Shown here piece by piece: positions 18,639 to 28,223 of a stretch of DNA of 64,000 nucleotides. Position 1 is the first letter of the stretch; each line of letters opens with the position of its first letter. The DNA is from Bryobacterales bacterium (lineage in GTDB: Bacteria; Acidobacteriota; Terriglobia; Bryobacterales; UBA6623). Under the pieces are notes generated by a model. That model saw nothing but the letters and a program-made list of their open reading frames with translations. It had not been told where the DNA came from and ran no database searches. A program made the position numbers and the translations under genes. The stretch covers positions 2,166,515 to 2,230,514 of the forward strand of contig CBDDCL010000015.1 of the NCBI GenBank assembly GCA_965226245.1. Reading direction: 5' to 3'.

Positions 18639-19757
18639 GTGAAGATTGGAATCACCTGCTATCCGACTTACGGCGGCAGCGGGATCGTAGCCACCGAACT
18701 GGGCATGGAACTCTCGGCGCGGGGGCACGAGGTCCACTTCATCACTTACGCCAACCCCATTCGGCTCACCGCGGATCTGCCCCGCATCCACTACCACGAG
18801 GTGGAGGTGAGCAACTACCCGCTATTTCAGTACCCTCCTTACAGCCTGGCGCTGGCGTCCCGGATGGCGGAGGTCGCCCAAACCGAGAGCCTCGACCTGC
18901 TTCATGTGCACTACGCTATCCCGCATTCGGTCAGCGCGCATCTCGCCAGCCAGATGTCCGCCGGCAAGCTTCCCTTTGTTACGACTCTGCATGGCACGGA
19001 TGTCACCCTGGTCGGAACCGATCCGTCTTTTCTGCCAATCACTCGTTTTTCGATTGAACAGAGCCCGGGGGTAACGTCGATCAGCGAGTACCTCAAGCGG
19101 CGCACGATCGAAGTATTCGGAGTCGGCGAGGAGATTCGCGTCATCCCGAACTTCGTCAACTGCGAGTTGTATAGACCGGAGCCGAATGCCGACCTGCGGG
19201 CTCGCTACGCGCGCGCCGATGAAGCCGTGCTGATGCACTTGTCAAACTTCAGGCCGGTGAAGCGTATCTCTGACTGCGTTCATATCCTGGCTAAGGTGAA
19301 TCCGGCGATTTCTTCACGGCTCCTGATGGTGGGCGACGGACCGGACCGGGTTCAGGCCCAGGCGCTGGCCCGAGAACTGGGTTTGGAGGAGCGCGTCATT
19401 TTCCTCGGGAAGCAAATTGACGTAGCGCCGCTGCTGGCCATTGCGGACCTGATGTTGCTGCCGAGCGAGATGGAAGGGTTCGGACTCGCCGCGCTGGAGG
19501 CGATGGCGTGCGGTGTTCCTCCCATCGCGTCGGATGTGGGCGGATTGCCCGAGGTCATTCATCATGATCGAGACGGATTCCTGCTGCCTGTTGGCGACAT
19601 CGGCGGAATGGCGGAGGCAGCGCGGAACGTTCTTGGTGACTCCGCTCGAAAGAAAGCTCTGGGGACCGCGGCTCGGGAAACGGCTGTGACGCGTTTCTCG
19701 GCGGATAAGATCATCCCCCAATACGAGCAGTACTATAGGGACGTTTGCGGCCGGTAG
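18639..19757 (+). CDS. bshA: N-acetyl-alpha-D-glucosaminyl L-malate synthase (GT4)
   Basis: MKIGITCYPTYGGSG, LLHVHYAIPH, TTLHGTD, HLSNFRPVKR and EGFGLAALEAM motifs. Confidence 0.93.
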   Translation: MKIGITCYPTYGGSGIVATELGMELSARGHEVHFITYANPIRLTADLPRIHYHEVEVSNYPLFQYPPYSLALASRMAEVAQTESLDLLHVHYAIPHSVSAHLASQMSAGKLPFVTTLHGTDVTLVGTDPSFLPITRFSIEQSPGVTSISEYLKRRTIEVFGVGEEIRVIPNFVNCELYRPEPNADLRARYARADEAVLMHLSNFRPVKRISDCVHILAKVNPAISSRLLMVGDGPDRVQAQALARELGLEERVIFLGKQIDVAPLLAIADLMLLPSEMEGFGLAALEAMACGVPPIASDVGGLPEVIHHDRDGFLLPVGDIGGMAEAARNVLGDSARKKALGTAARETAVTRFSADKIIPQYEQYYRDVCGR

Positions 19758-19762
19758 CACGT

Positions 19763-21442
19763 TCAGGGCAAGCGCCGAAACTCGGTGAGCTGGTAGTGGT
19801 ACCCGCTCGTGTCTTCTAGATCGAGGAAGCTGAAAGCCCAGCGGTCCACGGGCGAGAGGGGCACAAAGAAACGCCGCCGTCCTTCGTATTTTGAGGCCAA
19901 CGCTTCCTCCAGCCGGCTGATCATGCGATCGGGAGAAATGTCGTGGCTCCGGCGAAGGAACCACATGCTGGTCCATTCATCGCTTCGAATTTCTTCGAGC
20001 GCCAGAGCTTGGCGCTGCTCCCCGCGGATTTCCACGCAGGCAATGTCGTCGCGCAACTCCGCTAAGAGCGGGGCGGCGTCGGTGTTGTACCCATCGATAA
20101 GAACGACGGCCTTTCGTGCTTCGGATTGGTCTCGAATGTGATTAGCTATCTCTCGAAACGGGACCAAATAGCCGTGGTTCAAAAAACCCTCTTTTTGAAA
20201 ATAGCTCGTCAGCGATCCCGCCGAGACAGCCAGCATCGCCAGGCAAACGATGGACCCTAGTTTCGGGCTGTTTCTTCTCCCGCGAAGGAGCCAGAGCAGG
20301 TAGAACGGCAGCAGAAACAGCAAACGAGCCCCGACGAAAGAAAATGCGACCCAAGCGCTTGCCCCGAAATAGCCGATGCAGGCCACGGGCACAATGAGTG
20401 GAAACCAGCCCAAGCGGTTTTGCCAGCCCAGCCACAGCAGCCAAATCACGCCCGGTCCCGTCAGGAGGCCGAGCAGGATCGCCCATGCGGGGAATGCCTC
20501 CCCGTATGTAAACGATGTGAACCAGTAGACGAGTTTGACGGATGTTTCCAGCACATAGCCTTGCACCAGGGAATACACCTCACGGCGCGGAACCTGCAAG
20601 ACGGCACGGGCGAGCGCGGGCAGCCAGGGAGCGTAAAGCACCGTGGTCACCAGCGAGGCGAAAAGCAAGGTGCGGACGCGCTCCCGCTCTTTTTGCTGGA
20701 ACCAGCCGTACAAGAGCACGAGTCCCGCCCCGGCACTAACCGCGAGCCCTGGAAGATAGTGGACCCACAACAGCAGAGCGCAACCGAACCCATGCCAAAA
20801 CGCGGCCCGTAGTGACTTCGGCCGCTGAATCAGCTTCCAAGCCCAGGCAAGAGCCACGACCGAGACAGCTAGTTGCAAGCTATAGGACCGCGCCATGCGG
20901 GAATACATCAACAGAGTTGGGGAGAGGGCCCATAGCGCCAGGAACCAGACTCGCGTTGAGAAAGGCGATCGTTTCAGCCACAGGAAGTAGATCAGAATGG
21001 TCGAGGCCAGACAAAAAACGGCGGATAGCGCCCGCGCCTGAACGACCAGGTCACCTGTCCATCCGAGCTGAACCCAGGCCTTGGCCAAGGCGTAATAGAG
21101 CGGAGGATGAATATCCCGCTGCAGGATTTCGGGGATTTCATTCCAGGGAAAACCGATGACCCGGAGCGTGAAGATCTCATCGCCCCAAGCATCAAGCAGA
21201 TCTAAACGGTAAAAGAGCAAAGACGCCTGAAGCAGCAAGAAGCCGGGCAGAAGAAGCCTTTGTGGCCACGGGCCTGACCAGGATGAATGCTGATCCGCGG
21301 GCATTCTCAAATCTAGCACGCTGAGGCCGGCTGCGAGGAACCGGGGTCCTCTAGACTCTGCATCCCAAGGGCGCTTGACCGCGGGCTTCCGCCCGCGGCT
21401 CTGAAATTGGCTTTCCAGGGCTTTCTGCTGCTTGTCATCCAT
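19763..21442 (-). CDS. Polytopic membrane glycosyltransferase (GT39/ArnT-like)
   Basis: WGDE, DIHPPLYY and YSRMARSY motifs with many TM segments. True start may be near 21304. Confidence 0.8.
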   Translation of the reverse strand: MDDKQQKALESQFQSRGRKPAVKRPWDAESRGPRFLAAGLSVLDLRMPADQHSSWSGPWPQRLLLPGFLLLQASLLFYRLDLLDAWGDEIFTLRVIGFPWNEIPEILQRDIHPPLYYALAKAWVQLGWTGDLVVQARALSAVFCLASTILIYFLWLKRSPFSTRVWFLALWALSPTLLMYSRMARSYSLQLAVSVVALAWAWKLIQRPKSLRAAFWHGFGCALLLWVHYLPGLAVSAGAGLVLLYGWFQQKERERVRTLLFASLVTTVLYAPWLPALARAVLQVPRREVYSLVQGYVLETSVKLVYWFTSFTYGEAFPAWAILLGLLTGPGVIWLLWLGWQNRLGWFPLIVPVACIGYFGASAWVAFSFVGARLLFLLPFYLLWLLRGRRNSPKLGSIVCLAMLAVSAGSLTSYFQKEGFLNHGYLVPFREIANHIRDQSEARKAVVLIDGYNTDAAPLLAELRDDIACVEIRGEQRQALALEEIRSDEWTSMWFLRRSHDISPDRMISRLEEALASKYEGRRRFFVPLSPVDRWAFSFLDLEDTSGYHYQLTEFRRLP

Positions 21443-21815
21443 TCTGATGGCTCAACTGTTTCCCTTCGACGGTTTTGAGTCGTTCGATGATGTCGTCGAT
21501 GGCGGCGCCTCGGTACATCATGTCCATGGCCAAGCGCGAGGCGCTGACTCGGCTGGCAGAGGAGGCTTTCTCGTCGTCCATCACGTTCTCGAGCGTGTCG
21601 AGGGCGCGAACGCTCATTTGCTGGAGGCGGGTGGTGGTGTGGGCAAGAATGTCCCGCCGGGCTGCTCTTAGGGCAGTCTGGAAGCTTTCCTGTTTCATCC
21701 AGCGATAAATGGATGCTTCACTCACATTTGCTCTCTTTGCCGCTCTATCGATCGTATTCGTTAGCAAAAGAGCTTCAATGGTCTTGTTCTGCTGTGTTGT
21801 AAGTTGTTCATTCAT
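21435..21815 (-). CDS. HTH protein resembling the phBC6A51/terminase small subunit-like family
   Basis: N-terminal HTH (AAKRANVSEASIYRW), helical C-terminus ending IIERLKTVE, lower GC than flanks. Confidence 0.55.
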   Translation of the reverse strand: MNEQLTTQQNKTIEALLLTNTIDRAAKRANVSEASIYRWMKQESFQTALRAARRDILAHTTTRLQQMSVRALDTLENVMDDEKASSASRVSASRLAMDMMYRGAAIDDIIERLKTVEGKQLSHQNG

Positions 21816-22268
21816 AAGGGTTGACTTTTTTCAATGAGAGTATTTGAGAGTCTGTGAGAGGTTTTCTGGCTTTTGGGTCCCGCCGGGGCCGTGGAATGGT
21901 TTGTCCTCTCCTTTCTGATGCAACTGAGTCATTGTTGGTTTTGCGCTTTTAGGATAACAAGCCGATCTTGGGATTCCTTGCGGACGGCGGGTAATTCTGT
22001 TGAAAACAAAGGGACTATATTTATGATTTATCCGTGACTGAGTTGGGGTGATTTGCGGTTCTGGGGGGGGAGCGGTGTTTTGGGGCCAAAGTGGCGTGGG
22101 GGTAGCCGGTTCGGCGTTTGGTGGGGCGTTCGCGGCTGAACGGCTCGTCGCCGCTTTGTGGACGAGCTTTGGGCATCCAGAGGCAGTCAAGGCTGGACCG
22201 GGTGGGCGGCAAAGAATTCAGCTTGCAGATATGTACTTTGTATGACATTGTACCTTGAAAGGTGCAGC

Positions 22269-22638
22269 ATGGCGGAGGAGCCGAAGAGACAGAAAATTCG
22301 GCTGATCTTCTACCGCACGACGGCGGGGAGCGAACCCGTCAGGGAGTGGCTGAAAGGGCTGGATGAAGTCGAGCGTCAGGCGATAGGGCCAGGCTATAGG
22401 GAACGACCTGCTGCGCGCACAATGGCGTTGGCCGGTGGGCATGCCGCTGTGCCGCCCGATGGGCAATGGCCTCTGGGAAGTCCGGACGGACCTGCCGACG
22501 AAACGGACGTCGCGTGTGCTGCTCTGCCTCTACCGCGAGCATCTGGTCGCGCTGCACGGGTTTATCAAGAAAACGCGGGCTACGCCGGAATCGGATCTGG
22601 CCACGGCGCGCAAACGTCAAAAGGAGCTGGAACGATGA
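22269..22638 (+). pseudogene. RelE/Gp49-like type II toxin, frameshifted
   Basis: FYRT..G.EPVREWL and WPVGMPLCRPMG.GLWEVR halves are joined by a 13-nt duplication at 22377-22401. Confidence 0.82.
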
Positions 22639-22913
22639 GCAAGAAGCATATGGGATCGAGCATTGAAGACTTCCTCAAGGAGGAGGGCATCTTCGAGGAA
22701 GCGCAGGCACAGGCGGTCAAGGAGGTCGTCGCATGGCAGCTTGCCGAAGCCATGAAGTCGCGGAAAATCTCGAAAAACAAGATGGCCACACTGCTCAAGA
22801 CGAGCCGGACCCAGGTGGACCGCCTGCTTGACCCGAAAAACGACATCACGCTCGGCAGCCTGCAACGGGCAGCGGCGATCGTTGGGCGGCGCGTCACCAT
22901 TGAGCTGGTTTAA
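22635..22913 (+). CDS. XRE/HTH antitoxin paired with the upstream toxin
   Basis: MSKKHMGSSIEDFL..EG, MATLLKTSRTQVDRLLDP and TLGSL.RAA motifs. ATGA overlap with the toxin stop. Confidence 0.85.
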   Translation: MSKKHMGSSIEDFLKEEGIFEEAQAQAVKEVVAWQLAEAMKSRKISKNKMATLLKTSRTQVDRLLDPKNDITLGSLQRAAAIVGRRVTIELV

Positions 22914-23017
22914 GACCGGTTGAAAAGGCTGCGGAAGCAGGGGAATCAATTGTGGCCACGAACGTGGACGACATCATCAGAGTCGGCGGGAGTCGGTAGG
23001 GGAGTCGTTGAGTCGTT

Positions 23018-23412
23018 AGGGACAGTCACCTTATCAGGTGAAAAATACGTAAAGCCCGCATCACATCGTAACAAACGTTACACGTAGACACGTCAGCGTA
23101 CCCGATCTCACGTCAGCTGCGCTCGGGAGGCCCTCGACAGGTAGTTAAGGTGACTGTCCCTCATACCTCATACCCTGAAGCACTGGGGGCGCCACAGCAG
23201 AGTGCGGATATTTCTCGTTTGCGGGACGCGACCCATAGCGGGCGCCCCTGCGGCGACGAGGCATTTGTGGAAGACCTCGAGCGGCGCCTCGGGCGTCGGC
23301 TTAAGCCGCAGCAAGGCGGTCGGCCACCATCCGGCGGGGACAGTCACCGGGTTTTCGCGGCTGCTGCAGGCGATTCCGCAAGAGTTGACAATAAAACCCG
23401 GTGACTGTCCCC
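23018..23412. repeat. Two REPIN-like inverted pairs (GGGACAGTCACC family)
   Basis: Perfect IRs at 23018-23033/23146-23161 (16 bp) and 23336-23355/23393-23412 (20 bp). Confidence 0.88.
23195..23335 (+). pseudogene. C-terminal relic of a Y1 (RAYT-like) transposase
   Basis: LRDATHSGRPCGDEAFVEDLERRLGRRLKPQQGGRP resembles RAYT-type C-termini. Confidence 0.55.
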
Positions 23413-24055
23413 ATCAGCCCCATCAGTCCCCGACTTTCCCCCGCGCTCGTCGAGCCAATGGACGAGAAGGGGACCTTTTTATTCCCCCGCCGGAGAAATC
23501 AGGCTAAGTGGCTTGGTCGGAGTATGTTACGAACCAACAACCGCTGATTGCTTGGTGGTAGCGCGATGTCGCAATAGCTATCTCGACCTGCACTGAGAGG
23601 AGCGTTCACACATGCGGGCTGCGTCCACCCACCCTTAGTTTCCACCTCAGCAGCGGTGTCCGTTATCTAAGAAACCGACTGGGTTGGCCCCTCGTGCTCT
23701 AGGGCGTCCAACTGAATCAATTTGGTGCCTTCCAGTCAAGAATTAGACCCTGCGACTTATTGAACGCCAACATCAGTCCAGGCCATTGTTAATACTAGGG
23801 TCGGCCTATGTCGCAGTACTTGGTACACACGGCTCTTTCGAGAATGTATTCCTTCATACGGTCCGCAGTTCTGTGTCGTGATGATCGTGCTGTTACGAAA
23901 CAGTCCGATGACGCCCAAAGCCCTGCGGGCAAAGAGGTTCGCCTTCATGCCGAGCCGAGACCGAGGGGGTTGGTAGCATGATTCCAAACAGGACGACTTC
24001 GGAAGCTCAGGTTCCAAGAGTGGTCGAGGATACCCTACCACCGGCTGGAGAGGCT

Positions 24056-24534
24056 ATGAAGGTGCGGACTCGTGAGAAGCGCCAGCGGCTCCGTAGCGAA
24101 TTTTTCCGCGGCAGGAAGCTGCGGATTGGCTACCGCGGGCAATTGCTGGTCGCTAAGGTGGTCGACTCTAGCGACCACGGGCTGGGAGTGGAGATGTCCG
24201 CACCACTGGAGATCGACTCGTTCGTTTCGTTCGTTGGTATTGGACTCCGAGGCCGCGCACAAGTTATGCACTGCCGACCCAGCGACGACGGCGTGTTCCA
24301 TGCTGGACTCAAGATTGAAGCAGTCAGTTTCGGCAAACTCGATGTCTCCAGCCGGGCACTCCCCAGCGAAACCGTCAAGGCATATAACCCGCGTGATCGA
24401 TTACTCAATGCAGGTGCGATTGGGGAACCAAAAGGCCGCGGTACAGATGATCTTGTCGAAGGAGTTGAAGAAATGCATTGCGACGGCACCCAAGACTCAA
24501 GTGAGGAGAGATCTCGGATCAACGTTTCGGAGAG
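24056..24534 (+). pseudogene. 5' part of an interrupted gene: PilZ domain
   Basis: RxxxR (RQRLR) and DxSxxG (DSSDHG) motifs, RBS GGAGAGG. Cut at the TSD and in frame with 34824-36812. Confidence 0.75.
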
Positions 24535-25561
24535 ATGGGGTATTTAGTTGACTCCAGTAGCCACTACATCTTGGGGGTGGGGGTGCCGGCCCTGGTGGCC
24601 TCGACCATTGTCTTATAGGGAGCAGGGTCGGCGGCGACCGCCTGCTGGAGGAGGCGATAGAAAAGTTTGCCGCGCGACCGTGAGGTCCGCCGGTTGAAGC
24701 GGAACGTGAACTCGTCCAGGTAGTAGTCCAAATACTCGTGACTGACAGCCCCCTGGTGGGTCCCCAACAGCCAGCGCTTTAGCAGAGAGGCGACACGATG
24801 GACTCTCGGCAGCAGCTTACTCGCCGATTGCCGCTTCCCGCGCAGCACGGTGACTTCATGGCGGTATCCTTTGTTCTCCAATCCCGCATAGCCTTCCCAG
24901 CCGTCGGTGTGCACGAGGCTGCCAGGTTGGATAGCTTCTTCGACAAAGGCTTCCAAGCTCGCCGCTGAGGCATCCGCGATCCGACGGAGCCGGATGCGAC
25001 CCATACCGCGCCCATCCTCCTCGGCAGCAACCGCAACTAACGCTTTGCCAACCATTTCGCGACCTCGGACGCCCTCTTCGACTCCGCCCACATACGTTTC
25101 GTCCACCTCCACCCGGCCGACCAGCCGATTGCGACCGGGGCGCACCATGGCGCGGCGGAACTTGTGCAGCCAGGTCCAGGCGGTTACATAGCTACCCAAA
25201 CCCAAGACCCGCTGCAACTCCAGCGCGCTGGCCCCGCCTTTTTGCGTTGTCACCCACCAAGCCGCCCGGAACCACAACGTCAAGGGCTTGCGGGTGTCCT
25301 GGAAAATCGTGCCCGCCGTCACCGAGGCCTGGTAACCGCAGTCGGCGCAGAGCAGCAGATTGCGTTTGCTGGCCCATGAGGACTGGATCCCACAGCGCGG
25401 GCACACGAACCCCTCCGGCCAGCGCAGCTTCAGCAGGTACTCCCGGCACGCCTCCTCGGTCGAGAATCGAGCTTCCAACTCGACGAGGTTTCGGGGGTAG
25501 TCCTCCTTCATGCCCCCAACCACAACATATTGTGGCTACTGGAGTCAACTAAATACCCCAT
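24535..25561 (-). mobile_element. IS1595-family IS, copy 1 (transposase 24564-25523)
   Basis: 30-bp TIR ATGGGGTATTTAGTTGACTCCAGTAGCCAC. Zn ribbon (CPRC/CADC) and DDE motifs (VEVDETY, HTDG, YLDEF.FRFNRR). Confidence 0.95.
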
Positions 25562-25563
25562 TC

Positions 25564-25638
25564 GCCAAGATCACGGGCGTGTCCCGTCCTACCCGCTACA
25601 GCTCCATGAGCACCCGAGGTCTCAGGACGAACCCTTAG
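25564..25638 (+). pseudogene. C-terminal HTH relic of a serine resolvase/invertase
   Basis: AKITGVSRPTRYSSMSTRGLRTNP* resembles resolvase HTH tails. Truncated by IS copy 1. Confidence 0.5.
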
Positions 25639-25842
25639 CGTGTATTTCAACACGAATCTGGTCGGTACCCCTCGTGCGGGGCGTCCCTGATGCTGTCGAT
25701 GAGTCGTTGGGTTTGGTTCATGGTGTCTCCTTCGATGGTTTGCTGTGTTTTCCCTTCACCAGGGGAAGAGGGAGAACCACAAACCAGAGTAGGAGACTAG
25801 AGCGAGCGCGGGGCGACGGGCAAGGACCAGATAAGACAACGC

Positions 25843-26460
25843 GAGTGACAGACGCTGAAAGCGAGCGGAGCGTTCTGGCGCGAGAGTTGCCCTGGGACGC
25901 CGCCAACGGCGGGCCGCTGTGAGCGGAAAGGCACCACAAGCAAACACTCAATCGAAGCGGGAAGAAAAGAACAAGCGCGGCGAAGCGAACGGCTCCGCCG
26001 CGCCCTGGCGCGGTTGCCCGCTAGGACTCGTCCACCTAAACCTCCGGGAGTTCTGCTTCTGCCGGAAGCTGGAAGAGGCGCGTGTGGGCGAAGTCGGCCA
26101 CTTTCGCAAGCACCAACAAGTCGTTGCGCCCGAAGCTCTGCGTACTCTTCCATTGATCGCCTTCTTTGTAGAGGCGGGAAAAGGTGACATTGTGCCTCGG
26201 CTGTTCGTCGGTTCCATTGCGCCAAATCGTAGCCTTGACGCGACCGATCCGGACTTCTGTGATGGGTTTCTGATTAGCCATAATGTTTTTCTCCTAGAGA
26301 GTCAAAGGGTTTGTGAGCGTTTTTCGCTCACCCGCGAATGGCGGAAAACGCCCAAACCCTGACGCGGTAGGAAAGCGCCGTCCGCGCCGGTGACGGGCAG
26401 AGCCGACAAAAGCTAAGGTTGAGTGACAGACGCCGAAGGCGAGCTAAAGCGTTCTGGCGC
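25843..26460. repeat. ~40-bp direct repeats flanking the small ssb-like gene
   Basis: 25843-25881 and 26421-26460 (GAGTGACAGACGC.GAA.GCGAGC...AGCGTTCTGGCGC). Confidence 0.8.
26036..26281 (-). CDS. Small plasmid-type protein, possibly single-stranded DNA binding
   Basis: Strong RBS (AGGAGA). Beta-rich sequence EVRIGRVKATIW..HNVTFSRLYK..QWKSTQSFGRNDL. Function is inferred. Confidence 0.65.
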   Translation of the reverse strand: MANQKPITEVRIGRVKATIWRNGTDEQPRHNVTFSRLYKEGDQWKSTQSFGRNDLLVLAKVADFAHTRLFQLPAEAELPEV

Positions 26461-26697
26461 TGGCCTTGCGTCGGCCCAAACCGGGACCGGCGACGGGAAG
26501 CACGGGAACATGGCGCAACCTAGACCCGTCCGCCGCACGGCGCGAAAGCGATTTGGCGCAACACCGGAAGGCATGTCACCATTGAGCCTCGCCCGGCAAT
26601 GCTCGATCAATGGAGCAAGGGGTAACGGGTGGGAAAGTGGACCGCCCGAATCGCGGCGCTTGCAGCGCGTCGGGGATGATCCAGGGAAACCGCGATT

Positions 26698-28197
26698 TCA
26701 GCGGCGGTTCCATAAGCCGATCCCTCGCCGCCGCGCTTGTTCTTCCAGTTGAATAAACTCCGTCCGCTTGGAGAAGGGAAAGCGCCGGTAAGCATGAGCG
26801 TAGCCGTCGCGGATCAGCCGGGCGTTGAAGTTGTCTCCGTCCAGCAGGACGTAGCGAAGCCAGCGCCCGTAGCGGTCCACGGTATCTCCGGTGCGGTCCT
26901 TTTGGAGTAGCACTGTCTTACCTTCGAGCGCCGCCTTGGTGAAGGCGCTTGCCTCCCGTCCGAAATACTGCACCGCTTCGGTGGGGTGCTTCGTCTCCGG
27001 GGTGTCCACGCCGATGAGCCGGACGGTGTAATTCTTCCCTTGATGGCGCACCTGGATGGTATCGCCGTCAATGGGGTATTTAGTTGACTCCAGTAGCCAC
27101 AATATGTTGTGGTTGGGGGCATGAAGGAGGACTACCCCCGAAACCTCGTCGAGTTGGAAGCTCGATTCTCGACCGAGGAGGCGTGCCGGGAGTACCTGCT
27201 GAAGCTGCGCTGGCCGGAGGGGTTCGTGTGCCCGCGCTGTGGGATCCAGTCCTCATGGGCCAGCAAACGCAATCTGCTGCTCTGCGCCGACTGCGGTTAC
27301 CAGGCCTCGGTGACGGCGGGCACGATTTTCCAGGACACCCGCAAGCCCTTGACGTTGTGGTTCCGGGCGGCTTGGTGGGTGACAACGCAAAAAGGCGGGG
27401 CCAGCGCGCTGGAGTTGCAGCGGGTCTTGGGTTTGGGTAGCTATGTAACCGCCTGGACCTGGCTGCACAAGTTCCGCCGCGCCATGGTGCGCCCCGGTCG
27501 CAATCGGCTGGTCGGCCGGGTGGAGGTGGACGAAACGTATGTGGGCGGAGTCGAAGAGGGCGTCCGAGGTCGCGAAATGGTTGGCAAAGCGTTAGTTGCG
27601 GTTGCTGCCGAGGAGGATGGGCGCGGTATGGGTCGCATCCGGCTCCGTCGGATCGCGGATGCCTCAGCGGCGAGCTTGGAAGCCTTTGTCGAAGAAGCTA
27701 TCCAACCTGGCAGCCTCGTGCACACCGACGGCTGGGAAGGCTATGCGGGATTGGAGAACAAAGGATACCGCCATGAAGTCACCGTGCTGCGCGGGAAGCG
27801 GCAATCGGCGAGTAAGCTGCTGCCGAGAGTCCATCGTGTCGCCTCTCTGCTAAAGCGCTGGCTGTTGGGGACCCACCAGGGGGCTGTCAGTCACGAGTAT
27901 TTGGACTACTACCTGGACGAGTTCACGTTCCGCTTCAACCGGCGGACCTCACGGTCGCGCGGCAAACTTTGCTATCGCCTCCTCCAGCAGGCGGTCGCCG
28001 CCGACCCTGCTCCCTATAAGACAATGGTCGAGGCCCCCAGGGCCGGCACCCCCACCCCCAAGATGTAGTGGCTACTGGAGTCAACTAAATACCCTATCGC
28101 CGTCAATCACCCACTCGACGCGGGCGGAAATCGGATCAAGTTGGGCGCTGGTGATAAGGCCCATGAAGCCACAAACAAAGATGGCTAGTCCGGTCAT
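26698..28197 (-). pseudogene. Thermonuclease (SNase-like) with signal peptide, interrupted by IS1595 copy 2
   Basis: Rejoined motifs VIDGDT, VRLIGVDTPE, DRYGR.L.YV and GLW. ATG at 28197. Confidence 0.9.
27071..28097 (+). mobile_element. IS1595-family IS, copy 2 (transposase 27109-28068)
   Basis: 8-bp TSD CGCCGTCA at 27063-27070 and 28098-28105. Two amino-acid changes and one TIR mismatch versus the other copies. Confidence 0.95.
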
Positions 28198-28223
28198 TTT
28201 GGCCCTGAGTGGTAGGGGTAGGG

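Noticed and set aside
21831-22190. 119-aa Pro-rich ORF
   Set aside because: Low complexity with no motif. Similar non-coding-looking tracts occur at about 130-215 and 5600-5700, so it was not called as a gene.
27060-28107. 13-bp target duplication (TATCGCCGTCAAT) at IS copy 2
   Set aside because: The other copies show that the IS ends include AT, so the real TSD is 8 bp and the extra matches come from the terminal bases.
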